DNA of 64,000 bases from a bacterium (GTDB lineage Bacteria > UBA8248), in NCBI GenBank assembly GCA_965225985.1, contig OZ245330.1:2111848-2175847 (forward strand), read 5' to 3'. Positions 18,139 to 27,502 of the stretch are shown one piece after another. The notes beneath the pieces were generated by a model that did not search any database, was not told where the DNA came from, and saw nothing but the letters and a program-made list of their open reading frames with translations. The position numbers and the translations under genes are program-made. How positions within the stretch are numbered: the first letter of the stretch is position 1; each line of letters starts with the position of its first letter.

Positions 18139-18897
18139 TCAATCCATGGACACCCCGCCGTTGACTTCGAGGGTTTCGCCGGTGATGTATGCAGCCAAAT
18201 CGGAAACGAGAAAAAGAATTCCGTTTGCAATGTCCTCCGGGAGACCGATTCGCCCGAGCGGGACGTTCTTTGCGTATGCTTCCAGGTGCTCCGGGGGGAC
18301 ATCTCCTCCCATGTTGGGGGTATTGACCCGACTGGGATTGATGGCATTGACGGTGATGCCGTATGGCGCCGCTTCCCGCGCCATCACTTTGGTCAGACCG
18401 ATGACGCCCGCTTTGGACGCCACGTAGTCAACGGGCATCACAAATCCACCCGTCCGCCCCGCCCGGGAGGCGATATTCACGATCCGGCCGTACCCGTTTT
18501 TCATCATGACAGGCAGAATCAATTTGCAGCAATAAAAATACGCGGTGAGGTTCACCGCCAGGACGCGGTTCCACTGCTCCACGTCAAGATCCCAGATTTT
18601 CGGGGACTCGGCAGTTCCTTTCTTTTTGGTAATGATGCCCACGCAGTTGACCAAAATATCCGGTGCTTTGCCCGAGTCGATCAACGGTTTCAACCGGCGG
18701 TCAATCTCATTGTGATCGCCGAGATCAACCTCCACGCACTCTACCCCGTCATATTTTTTCGCAAGGTCCAAGCCAGCCTGGGTGACCAAGTCGCAGAGTA
18801 GAACCTTTTTCCCCAGCTTCAAAAATTCTTCGGCGACAACGATACCAATTCCTCCGCATCCGCCGGTGATCATCACCAAATCGCCGCGAACCTGCAT
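18139..18897 (-). CDS. SDR-family oxidoreductase (FabG-like)
   Basis: ORF 18139..18960. Likely start is M22 (18897), giving MQVRGDLVMITGGCGGIGIV (TGxxxGIG). Catalytic YVASK (YxxxK). NAINPSRVNTP. Confidence 0.9.
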   Translation of the reverse strand: MQVRGDLVMITGGCGGIGIVVAEEFLKLGKKVLLCDLVTQAGLDLAKKYDGVECVEVDLGDHNEIDRRLKPLIDSGKAPDILVNCVGIITKKKGTAESPKIWDLDVEQWNRVLAVNLTAYFYCCKLILPVMMKNGYGRIVNIASRAGRTGGFVMPVDYVASKAGVIGLTKVMAREAAPYGITVNAINPSRVNTPNMGGDVPPEHLEAYAKNVPLGRIGLPEDIANGILFLVSDLAAYITGETLEVNGGVSMD

Positions 18898-19080
18898 CTG
18901 AATCTCCTCATACGAGATTTTTCGAAATAATTCAGGAGGAATCCGTAAACGCACTTCCAATTGAATGTAAACGAGACGCGGTATTCAATGATTCGGAATA
19001 TCAAAAGGGGCCAAAACCCGTCAAGGGGTGAAGCAATTATGCTTGACCCATCCCAGCGAATATCCGTAGAGTCATTGGCT

Positions 19081-20031
19081 ATGCGATTCGGGATCTTCAC
19101 CGGCACGACCAAGGGACTCTCGTGGGAGGAAGTCCGCTCCCTCTGGATCCGCCTCGAGAAGACAGGGTGGGACGCAGCATACCTGGCCGACCATTTCATA
19201 CCAAACACGCCGGATCCGGTGGCGGATACTCTCGAGAGCTGGACCACCCTCGCGGGGCTGGCCGTTTCCACCCAAAAGATTCGCCTGGGCCATCTCGTGA
19301 GCGGGAACACCTACCGCCACCCCGCCATTCTCGCCAAGATGGCCGCCAACCTGGACATCATTTCTGAGGGCCGTCTCATCTGCGGCATCGGAGCCGGATG
19401 GCAGGAGAACGAGCACCGGGCCTACGGCCTTCCTTTCTACACCGCGGGGGAGCGGCTCCGCCGCCTGGAGGAAGCCTGCCAAATTCTCCTCTCCCTCTGG
19501 ACGCAGCCGAAGACCACGTTTGAGGGAAAGTACTACCGGCTAAAGGATGCCCCCCTATTCCCCAAGCCCCTCCAAAAGCCCCATCCCGAGCTTCTCGTCG
19601 GGGGCGGCGGGGAAAAAGTGACCCTCAAGATCGTCGCCCGCTATGCCGACCTCTGGAACGGTTGGGGAGGGGCCGAAATTATGACGAAGAAAATCCGGAT
19701 TCTGGAGGAACACTGCGCGGCGGTGGGCCGCGACCCGGCCGAAATCTCCCGGTCCGCCAATATGACGCTGCTCTTCACCGAGGACGAGGGCGAGATCCGC
19801 GAGCTGGTCAAATCCTTCATGAAGCGATTCGGCACCGACGAGGAAACTGCGCGGAGATCCATCTTGACGGGAGGCGTGACGAAGGTTCAGGACACCGTAG
19901 GGCGCCTTCGAGAGGCTGGAATCGACCAGCTTATCGTCCCCTCCTTCATGCCCCTTCCGATCTCACTGCCCTCCTGGAACTTCGATCAGCTCGACCGCTT
20001 TATCTCCGAGGTGGCCCCCGCCTTCCGATGA
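19081..20031 (+). CDS. Luciferase-like (LLM class) flavin/F420-dependent oxidoreductase
   Basis: In-frame part of ORF 18961..20031. ATG 19081 gives MRFGIFTG... Also GWDAAYLADHF, ISEGRLICGIGAGW and PKPLQKPHPELLVGGGG, typical of the LLM family. Confidence 0.85.
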   Translation: MRFGIFTGTTKGLSWEEVRSLWIRLEKTGWDAAYLADHFIPNTPDPVADTLESWTTLAGLAVSTQKIRLGHLVSGNTYRHPAILAKMAANLDIISEGRLICGIGAGWQENEHRAYGLPFYTAGERLRRLEEACQILLSLWTQPKTTFEGKYYRLKDAPLFPKPLQKPHPELLVGGGGEKVTLKIVARYADLWNGWGGAEIMTKKIRILEEHCAAVGRDPAEISRSANMTLLFTEDEGEIRELVKSFMKRFGTDEETARRSILTGGVTKVQDTVGRLREAGIDQLIVPSFMPLPISLPSWNFDQLDRFISEVAPAFR

Positions 20032-20238
20032 GGGTCCGGCCTATTTGCGAGCCCGAAGATCTCTGGGCGTGATTTTTTAATGAAAGTTGACCCCGCCGTC
20101 CACGTTAAGAATCTGGCCAGTGATAAAGTCGCTGTGCTCCGAGGCCAAAAACAGAAGCGCACCAGTCAGGTCTTCCGGATACTGCTTGCGCTGAAAGCAT
20201 CTGGCCGGGGGGGGTCCCCTTTCTGCGGATGCTCCGAT

Positions 20239-21225
20239 TTACTCGGATGCGACCACCGGATTGACGAGGGTTCCGATGCCGGACGCCTCACAGCGAACCT
20301 CGTCTCCGGGCTTGAGCCACCAAGGCTGGGGAGGATCGCGAAAAACTGCCACCCCCGAAGGGGTTCCTGTGGTGATGACGTCGCCGGGCTCGAGGCCCAT
20401 CCGTGAAAAGTGGGCAACCTGGAGGGACATCCCGAAGATCAGATGTTTGGTGTTCGAACTCTGGCGCGGCTCCGGCTCATCGTTGACGGTGCAGGAAATT
20501 TCGATGTCCTCGGGATTGGGCACCTCGTCGGCCGTGACCACCCAGGGGCCCATCGGACCGAAGGTGGGGAAGTTTTTCCCCAGGTTGAGCAAGCCCGATT
20601 TCAATTCGGGCAGCTGGACCTCCCGCTCGCTGACATCGTTCAAAATCGTATAGCCGAATATATGTTTTTTCCAATCCTTTTCGGCGATGTTCGCGCCTCC
20701 TTGGCCGACCACCATCGTCACCTCTACCTCATAATCCATCTGGGTCGATCCCCTCGGGATCCGAATGGGCTGGAGGTGTCCCGTGAGGGTGGTACTCACT
20801 TTGATGAAGGCCATGGGGAAAATCGGGGCATGGTGGAGATCGCCTCCTTCATCGAGATGGTCCTTATAATTCATCCCGAGGGCGATGATTTTGCCCGGCC
20901 GCGGAACGGGGGGAAGGAAGGTGACTTCGTTCTGCGAAAAAAGGATGGTTTTTCCCGCGGCTTGGGGAAAATCCTTCCCTTTATCCAAATCGCTCTCCAG
21001 GCGTTCCTGGAGAATCTTGAGCGCATCCAGGGCCTGGGAGCCGCCCCGGATGATACCGGCCAAGTCGGGAGGCGGAAGGGATCGCCCGGCTTCCGGCGCG
21101 GACGCATCCTCTGCCAATAGGGCCAAATATGCCGCGCGCACATCGGCGAGCCTTCCATCCGAAATGAGAAGGCCGGCCCGTTCCTCATGCGGCGCGTCAG
21201 GCGCAGTGAACGTCGCAAGCTTCAT
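20239..21225 (-). CDS. Fumarylacetoacetate hydrolase (FAH) family protein
   Basis: ORF 20239..21252, likely start MKLATF (21225). C-terminal catalytic-domain motifs: GKIIALGMNYKDH, DYEVEVTMVVG, GDVITTGTPSGV. Confidence 0.9.
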   Translation of the reverse strand: MKLATFTAPDAPHEERAGLLISDGRLADVRAAYLALLAEDASAPEAGRSLPPPDLAGIIRGGSQALDALKILQERLESDLDKGKDFPQAAGKTILFSQNEVTFLPPVPRPGKIIALGMNYKDHLDEGGDLHHAPIFPMAFIKVSTTLTGHLQPIRIPRGSTQMDYEVEVTMVVGQGGANIAEKDWKKHIFGYTILNDVSEREVQLPELKSGLLNLGKNFPTFGPMGPWVVTADEVPNPEDIEISCTVNDEPEPRQSSNTKHLIFGMSLQVAHFSRMGLEPGDVITTGTPSGVAVFRDPPQPWWLKPGDEVRCEASGIGTLVNPVVASE

Positions 21226-21345
21226 TTTGCGCTCCAATGAATGGGAATCCAACTTTTTTCATTATGAAGAGCTATATATCTTAACCGGAAAAGGGAGAAA
21301 GGCACTTCTGATAAATCCAGCACGCATCACGCGGGAAAAATGCAT

Positions 21346-21370
21346 AAAAAAAGGCTGGCCCTCGCCAGCC
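21346..21370 (-). terminator. Rho-independent terminator after tRNA-Gly
   Basis: Minus strand: GGCTGGC-GAGG-GCCAGCC followed by T7, 13 nt after the tRNA 3' end. Confidence 0.75.
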
Positions 21371-21382
21371 CTTTGATATCCC

Positions 21383-21457
21383 TGGAGCGGGAAAGGGGAT
21401 TTGAACCCCCGACCCCTGCCTTGGCAAGGCAGTGCTCTACCACTGAGCTATTCCCGC
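21383..21457 (-). tRNA. tRNA-Gly (anticodon GCC), CCA encoded
   Basis: The reverse complement reads GCGGGAATAGCTCAGTGGTAGAGCACTGCCTTGCCAAGGCAGGGGTCGGGGGTTCAAATCCCCTTTCCCGCTCCA. It has a canonical cloverleaf, anticodon loop TTGCCAA, and is close to E. coli glyV. Confidence 0.95.
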
Positions 21458-21518
21458 CAGCGAAACACCGATTCAAAAAAGCATACTGCGCGCCGCGGCG
21501 TCAACAGGCCCTGCGCCC

Positions 21519-22490
21519 TCACTGCAAATCCCGGTGGGCGGGGAGAATGCCGAAACCGTTCGCCTCTACGATGGAACGGCGGAGGGCGCGCCCCACGGCA
21601 TCCTGGGCCGCAGCTCCGGCCTCATCGAGGTTGGCCTGCCGGCGCCCGCAAGAGAGGGCGAAGGCCACGTCTCCGTCCACAGTCGTATAGGAAGGACGCA
21701 CGGTGAGAATCAATCCATTCGCCGCCATTTGGGCGAGCTTCTGGGTCTGGGTTTTCGTAAGAGCCACGTCCGTCGCCACCGCGACCAAGGTTGTGTTCCC
21801 CTCCGTGCCCGAAAAACCCTCAAAGGGCCGTCCCTTTGTCCTCAAATACAACGAGGTATCGATAAAACCTTCTTCGGGTGGCTCTGCGCGTGGCCCTGCC
21901 AGGATTTCCCCCGATTCGGCATTGTGAACTCCTCCGTAGGCATTCACCACTGTGAGCGCGGCGACCACCCCTCCTCCCGAAAGGGTGATGCTTGCCGTGC
22001 CGAGCCCTCCCTTCATGGCACGCTTCATTCCCAATAGCTTTCCTACGGTCGCGCCCGTTCCGGCTCCGACGCTTCCCTGCGGGCCCTCCCTATCGGCGGC
22101 CGCTTCGCAGGCGGCGCGGCCCATCGCCTCGTCCGGCCGCACGTCGCCCCGCCCGAAGTTAAGATCGAATACAACCGCCGCCGCCGCCGTGGGAACACGG
22201 TATCTTCCCGTGGACAACCCCCTTCCCCGCTCCTCGAGGTATTGCATCACACCGCCCGCCGCCGCGAGCCCGAAGGCGCTCCCGCCCGCGAAGACGATGG
22301 CGTCGAGGTATCCGGTTAAGTGCTGCGGCCAGCCAACGAGATGCTCCGGGCGAAGGGCATCGATCCCGCGGGTCGCGGTTGCCGTTCCGCGCAGTTCACA
22401 GGCGGCGGTTGTTTCGGCGGGGCAAAGAATGACCGTGACACCGGTGAATGCGTCCAGGTCGTGAAAGTGGCCCAGGGAAAAGCCGGGCAC
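21519..22490 (-). CDS. DmpA/P1 (S58) family aminopeptidase
   Basis: 323-aa ORF. MPGFSLGHFHDLDAFTGVTVILCP... and GNTTLVAVATDVALTK (self-processing GxT/S nucleophile region) are typical of peptidase family S58. Confidence 0.85.
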   Translation of the reverse strand: MPGFSLGHFHDLDAFTGVTVILCPAETTAACELRGTATATRGIDALRPEHLVGWPQHLTGYLDAIVFAGGSAFGLAAAGGVMQYLEERGRGLSTGRYRVPTAAAAVVFDLNFGRGDVRPDEAMGRAACEAAADREGPQGSVGAGTGATVGKLLGMKRAMKGGLGTASITLSGGGVVAALTVVNAYGGVHNAESGEILAGPRAEPPEEGFIDTSLYLRTKGRPFEGFSGTEGNTTLVAVATDVALTKTQTQKLAQMAANGLILTVRPSYTTVDGDVAFALSCGRRQANLDEAGAAAQDAVGRALRRSIVEANGFGILPAHRDLQ

Positions 22491-22576
22491 ATCGGTAATG
22501 CAGCCGGAAAGACCAGTATGATTCAGATTGCAATCCTCACCACGCGGGCGGGCAGACCTCGTACCGGCTCCCTACG

Positions 22577-23233
22577 TCATACCGTCGGCAGGTTGCCGGA
22601 GGGCTTTTTGGGAAGCTCTCCCGTTTCCAGGATGTTGTCGATCACGTACCGGTATTGTTCGCTTGGCACCGCGCCCACCATGACCGCCTCCTCGTTTACG
22701 ACGACGGAGGGGATCCCTGAAATGCCGTACCGGTTCACCGCCTCGACATACTCCTCGACCACCCGGCGGCGATTCACGCCGCTCTCAAGATCGTCCCGGA
22801 ATAAATCGACGTCCAGGCCGCTCTCCCCGGCGACGCCCATCAGTACGGTCGCGTCGGAGATGTTCCGGTTTTCGGTGAAGAAAGCGGTCAGAAGATTCAA
22901 ATGAAAGCGGTCCCAAACGTCCTTCCCCTGGTCGCGGGCGGCCAAGCCCGCCTCGGCCGAGACTATCGAGCAGTCGGGGAATTTTTCATCGCTTTCCCAC
23001 ATTCGGAAATCGCCGGATTCGGGCTGATCGTTTGCATTTGTCCAGTGCGTGCGCCTGTAATCGTTGAAAACGCAGTCTGGATCGGGCTCCGGGCGGAGGA
23101 GAAACGAGCGATACTCGATATCTACCTTGTCTCCATATTCTTCCTGAATATTGTTCAGGCGCACGGCCGAATTGAAGCACCAGGGTCAAAGAAAATCGCT
23201 GAACACCTTGAAGCTGACCGGAGCGTGGCTCAC
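22577..23233 (-). CDS. DsbA/FrnE-like thiol:disulfide oxidoreductase with an in-frame TGA at the first redox Cys (candidate selenoprotein, UPWC)
   Basis: ORF 22577..23164 lacks the CxxC motif. Reading from GTG 23233 (AAGGAG 7 nt upstream) gives SHAPVSFKVFSDFL-TGA-PWCFNSAVRLNNIQEEYG in the same frame. FSDFxCPWC is the family's active-site context. Confidence 0.75.
23186..23188 (-). other. In-frame UGA codon (putative selenocysteine) in the DsbA-like gene
   Basis: Codon 16 counted from GTG 23233. The + strand tca equals minus-strand TGA, and it is immediately followed by CCC TGG TGC (P-W-C). Confidence 0.7.
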
Positions 23234-23325
23234 CGAATCACTCCTTTCGAAAACGGGACGGACGGAAGTCGCTCCCGCCCTCCCCACCAGTTAGCTCATG
23301 CAATTATCCGGCAAGCGGAATGCCC

Positions 23326-24216
23326 TCAGGCGCTTACCTCGAATCGTACCGACACCGGGGCGCCCTTTTCCACTTGAATGGCTTGGGCGGCGTTTCCGGC
23401 CGGAACGAAAATCTCCAAACGGGACCAGCTATTGAAATGGGCGCCGATCTGGCCTTCCGGGTTCTCTTGGTAATGCTCACTCATGCCCTTGATAATATTG
23501 CCACCGATTTCAATCACCGGCATGCACTCATTCTCCTCCCCCCCCGCCCGGAGTTTCCCCTCCCAAAAAGCGCCCGTTTCGATGTTCGTAATCAAGTTGC
23601 CGAAATGGTCGACATATATCACCTCGCCCCATATCGTACCCTGGGAATCTACATCGGCTTTGACGTTGGCCAGTTTAATGGGATCGAACACGATAGGTCC
23701 GAACTTTTCGGCCGCCTCCCCCGTGGAAAGATACCCGGCGACGGGGGCGAAAACGTCACGGCCGTGAAAAGTTGAACTCACTTTATCCAGAAAGAAATCC
23801 ACCGTCCGCAATTCTCGTGTCCACAGGTAGGCGGGATCTTCTAAAGCGTATGAGAATATGCCGTTGTCCGGTCCGACAAAATAATAATTTTCGGTAACGG
23901 TGAGGATCCCCCGCCTATCGCTTCCCACGCCCGGGTCGACCACCCCGACATGAATTGTCCCCTTGGGAAAGTAGTGGTAGGCCGCAGCCAGGATTACAGC
24001 CGCTTCTTGAATCTCAAAAGGCCGGATGGTGTGGGTGATATCGATGATCTGGATATTCGGATTAATGTCAATCATTACCCCTTTCATGACTGACACATAA
24101 TGGTCCGATACGCCGAAATCGGTGAGAAGGGTGATAACCCGCCGCGGATCGGTGTCCCCCTCCAGCCCTCGGCCCCCTTCATCGAAAGGATCGAGGCGCG
24201 TCTGCTCGTCGCTCAT
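23326..24216 (-). CDS. SAM hydrolase / SAM hydroxide adenosyltransferase family protein (DUF62)
   Basis: 296-aa ORF. ITLLTDFGVSDHYVSVMKGVM, IIDITHTI, HVGVVDPGVGSDRR and DHFGNLITNI are hallmark DUF62/fluorinase-family motifs. Confidence 0.85.
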   Translation of the reverse strand: MSDEQTRLDPFDEGGRGLEGDTDPRRVITLLTDFGVSDHYVSVMKGVMIDINPNIQIIDITHTIRPFEIQEAAVILAAAYHYFPKGTIHVGVVDPGVGSDRRGILTVTENYYFVGPDNGIFSYALEDPAYLWTRELRTVDFFLDKVSSTFHGRDVFAPVAGYLSTGEAAEKFGPIVFDPIKLANVKADVDSQGTIWGEVIYVDHFGNLITNIETGAFWEGKLRAGGEENECMPVIEIGGNIIKGMSEHYQENPEGQIGAHFNSWSRLEIFVPAGNAAQAIQVEKGAPVSVRFEVSA

Positions 24217-25613
24217 GGGATCTCAACGCCCCAAAGCTTCTCAAAGCGGGAGGTTCGCGGCTGTCCTTCGACCTCGCTCCGCCCGACGGGCTCGAGGCGG
24301 AGCGGCACGGACCGCCCGATCCAATCGTCCGGCCCGTTGGCAAGAACACGGATGTAATTATCGGTCAGCCCGGCAAGAAAACCGCTATCTTTCACCCGCC
24401 GCTCGAACAGGACCTCCGCCCGCACCCCGATTTGGGATGCCACGAAGGCCGCCCACTTTCGATTGCCCAGTTCGCAGAGCGCCCGCACCCGGGCGCGGAC
24501 CGTTTCGGGTGAAAGTTTTTTTCCCATGGCGGCGGCCTCTGTCCCCTCGCGCGGCGAGTAGGGAAAAACGTGCATATACGCGAGCGGAACCGCTCTCACC
24601 CATTCGAGGGTTCGCTCGAATGCCGAGTCGGTTTCGCCGGGAAATCCCGCGATGAAGTCCGCTCCAAGACAAACGCCCGAAATCCTTCGTCCAATTTCTT
24701 CAAATTTGTTGGCGCAGGGTTCGGCTCGGTAATTTCGCCCCATTCGGGAGAGAACCTCATCATCCCCGCTCTGTACCGGAATGTGGAAATGTCTGCATAC
24801 GTATGCCCCTCCTTCAGTCGCATTTTCATACGAGCGAGTCGAAACCGTTCGGATGAGTTCACGCGTCAATTCACCCGGTTCGACAGACGAAAGGCGAAGG
24901 CGCCCGAGTCCCCTTACCTCGAGCAACCGCCGGACGAGCCGGCTCAGGGTAGTTCGCTCTTCGAGATCGCGTCCATACGCGCCGAGGTGTATGCCCGTCA
25001 GGACGATTTCGATGTGCCGGTCACCCACGAGTCTTCCGGCCTGGGCTGCGCACGCTTCCGGGTCGAGCGAGCGGCTGGGTCCTCTGGCGAGAGTCGTCGC
25101 GCAGAAGCTGCAAGAGAAATCGCATCCGTCCTGGACTTTCAGCAACGCGCGGGTGCGGCCCTCAAAATGCGGCAGAGAGAAGGCCTCAAATCGAGCGCCA
25201 TCTTTCATCGGCGCGACGCGCACCTCGGGCGACCGGGCCTCCCCCCCATTCCTCCGGACAGGCAGGGACAGATGATCTGGAAGATGGATTTTCTCCGCAT
25301 TTCCCAGAAGCAGATCCGCCTCGGGAATGAGCATTCCATCAGGATTGGCCTGGGGCGCGCAGCCGGCCAAGACGACCCGGCCCCATTCCGGCGCGAGACG
25401 TCTCGCCCGCCGGGCAAGCCGCCTTGATTCGCGATCGGCTTCCGCCGTTACGGTACACGTATTGACCACGTACACATCCGCCTCTTGGCCGAATGGCACA
25501 ATCTCGTAGCCGGCCTCGGCGCACCGGTGCCGCATCGCCTCGCCCTCGGCCTGGTTCAACTTGCATCCCAGGCTTGTGATTGCAATACGCTGCCGGGGTT
25601 TCCGAGCGCTCAC
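24213..25613 (-). CDS. mtaB: Radical-SAM methylthiotransferase, MtaB/MiaB-like
   Basis: 466-aa ORF. UPF0004 N-domain (ITSLGCKLNQAE, VVNTCTVT), radical-SAM CDFSCSFC and a C-terminal TRAM-like region. Stop overlaps the DUF62 start. Confidence 0.88.
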   Translation of the reverse strand: MSARKPRQRIAITSLGCKLNQAEGEAMRHRCAEAGYEIVPFGQEADVYVVNTCTVTAEADRESRRLARRARRLAPEWGRVVLAGCAPQANPDGMLIPEADLLLGNAEKIHLPDHLSLPVRRNGGEARSPEVRVAPMKDGARFEAFSLPHFEGRTRALLKVQDGCDFSCSFCATTLARGPSRSLDPEACAAQAGRLVGDRHIEIVLTGIHLGAYGRDLEERTTLSRLVRRLLEVRGLGRLRLSSVEPGELTRELIRTVSTRSYENATEGGAYVCRHFHIPVQSGDDEVLSRMGRNYRAEPCANKFEEIGRRISGVCLGADFIAGFPGETDSAFERTLEWVRAVPLAYMHVFPYSPREGTEAAAMGKKLSPETVRARVRALCELGNRKWAAFVASQIGVRAEVLFERRVKDSGFLAGLTDNYIRVLANGPDDWIGRSVPLRLEPVGRSEVEGQPRTSRFEKLWGVEIP

Positions 25614-25945
25614 AACCGCTCTCCAAACGGAAGAAAAAAGTTTGAGATGAGCAATAGGTATTCAGTAGAAGTAATTGACATAATTACGGATTTTACGCTT
25701 GCCTTCCCCCCTTTCGCAAGAGTCTGTGAGGTTGACGGCAACATGATTTGATTGATACTTTGGCCTCTTTATGAAGGCGGAAAACGTGATCTTTTCAGCT
25801 ACTCGAATCGGTGCCCGTTGACCTTCCAGTCCCTTATTCCGGCTCGATCGACCTCATTCGATTGCGTCATTTGACGTTCCAGGGCACAATTTACCGGCTT
25901 TTTGGGGAAGGCTAAAGTTCTTTTACGAGGATACGGATACGCCTC

Positions 25946-26818
25946 ATGCATGGATTTGATTTCGTCGCCCCAACCACCGTCAGCGGTGTGCTGAAATCCA
26001 CCGTCCGGAAAAAATACAAGTTTATCGCGGGCGGAACCAACTTTCTCCCCGACCTCCGTCACCAACACGAGGGAGGGCCCGAGCTCGTCATTGACCTCAT
26101 GCGGGTTTCCGCCCTCCGCGAAATCAAGAAAAGCAAGAAGAAAATCACACTCGGCGCCCTCACCACAATGACCGATCTGTTAGAAAACAAGCCCATCACC
26201 CGTGAAGCGCCGATCCTTTCCGCCATGTCCGCCAAATTCGCGGGCCCAATAATCCGGAATCGGGCCACCGTTGCGGGAAATCTCATAGATGGAGGTCCAG
26301 CGGCCGACATCGTCCCCCCCCTCCTCGCCCTCAAGGCGGACGTTAAGCTTGTCAGCCGAAAAGGGAAACGGACCTTGCCCCTCGATAAATTCCTGACCGG
26401 CTATCGCCAGACCGCCATCCGCTCCGGCGAGCTCATCACCGAGGTATCGTTCTCCCTGCCGGGGAAAAATCATAAATGGGGCTACTATAAGCTCGCTCGC
26501 CGCAACGCCATGGCGATCACCGTTGTCGGAGTGGCTATCGTGCTCAAAATGAAGGGGAAAATATGCCAGGAGGCCGGAATCTCTCTCGGCTCGGTGACCC
26601 CCGTTCCCATCCGTTGCTATGCGGCCGAAAAAATACTCGAAGGCAATGAAGTGGACCTCTCTCTCGTCCAGCGTGCGGCGAAGGCCTGTAAAGCGGTGGC
26701 GGAACCCATCGACGACATTCGCGCCTCAGCCGAGTACCGCAAGCTGATGTGCGAGGTTTTGCCGCGGCGCATGATTTGCCAGGCGTTGGATATTCCGCTT
26801 CCCTTGGAGGCGGATTGA
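25946..26818 (+). CDS. Xanthine dehydrogenase-family FAD-binding (medium, CoxM/CutM-like) subunit
   Basis: 290-aa ORF. KFIAGGTNFLPDL, NRATVAGNL and a C-terminal DDIRASAEYRKLM are typical of the FAD_binding_5/CO_deh_flav_C subunits. Confidence 0.85.
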   Translation: MHGFDFVAPTTVSGVLKSTVRKKYKFIAGGTNFLPDLRHQHEGGPELVIDLMRVSALREIKKSKKKITLGALTTMTDLLENKPITREAPILSAMSAKFAGPIIRNRATVAGNLIDGGPAADIVPPLLALKADVKLVSRKGKRTLPLDKFLTGYRQTAIRSGELITEVSFSLPGKNHKWGYYKLARRNAMAITVVGVAIVLKMKGKICQEAGISLGSVTPVPIRCYAAEKILEGNEVDLSLVQRAAKACKAVAEPIDDIRASAEYRKLMCEVLPRRMICQALDIPLPLEAD

Positions 26819-26843
26819 AGACCTGCCGTTTTCCGGATCAAGC

Positions 26844-27491
26844 GTGGAGAAATCGGCCATGATGGCGTCCTCGACGAAGGGCAAAAAAAAGAAGGTGGCG
26901 AAAAAAACCGCCGGTCGAAAAACGGTCCGGAAAAAGGCCGTGTCATCGAAAAAGAAACCCGCAAGAAAGCGGAGCGCGAAAATGACCGCCGCCCGAAAAA
27001 CGGCCTCCTATTCACCTCCCGTAAAACGTCCGATCTCTTTTCGGGTGAATGGACAAACGGTAGAGGCCGGGGTGGCCGCGCACACGACGCTTCTTTACCT
27101 CCTCCGCGACATCGGATTCACCGAGGTCAAGAACGGGTGCGAGGCCGGCGACTGTGGCGCGTGCACAATTCTGCTCGACGGCATCGCCATGAACGCGTGC
27201 TGCGCCCTGGGAGTCCAGGCCGAAGGACGCGAGATCACCACCGTCAAAGGTATCGGGACGGTGGACAATCTTCATCCAATTCAAAGGAAATTCATCGAGC
27301 ATGGCGGTATCCAGTGCGGTTTTTGCACGCCGGGCATGATCGTGGCGGCGAAAGCGCTCCTGGACAAGAACCCCCGGCCCACCCGGGAGGAAATTAAGGC
27401 CGGAATTGCGGGCAACCTTTGCCGATGCACGGGTTATGTGAAAATCATCGACGCAATCGAAGCGGCCGCCGCCGTTACGCACGCTTCGTAA
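26844..27491 (+). CDS. [2Fe-2S]-binding (small, CoxS/CutS-like) subunit with a Lys-rich N-terminal extension
   Basis: C-terminal 155 aa: GCEAGDCGACTILLDG and CGFCTPGMIV..GNLCRCTGY (two 2Fe-2S motifs). They are preceded by about 55 aa of SSTKGKKKKVAKKTAGRKTVRKKAVSSKKKPARKRSAK. Confidence 0.85.
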   Translation: MEKSAMMASSTKGKKKKVAKKTAGRKTVRKKAVSSKKKPARKRSAKMTAARKTASYSPPVKRPISFRVNGQTVEAGVAAHTTLLYLLRDIGFTEVKNGCEAGDCGACTILLDGIAMNACCALGVQAEGREITTVKGIGTVDNLHPIQRKFIEHGGIQCGFCTPGMIVAAKALLDKNPRPTREEIKAGIAGNLCRCTGYVKIIDAIEAAAAVTHAS

Positions 27492-27502
27492 GGAAGGAAA
27501 TA

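Noticed and set aside
20032-20238. A weak hairpin (GCCC-N10-GGGC followed by a T-run near 20055-20080) between the convergent LLM and FAH genes, considered as a bidirectional terminator.
   Set aside because: The stem is only 4 bp with a large loop, which is too weak to call.
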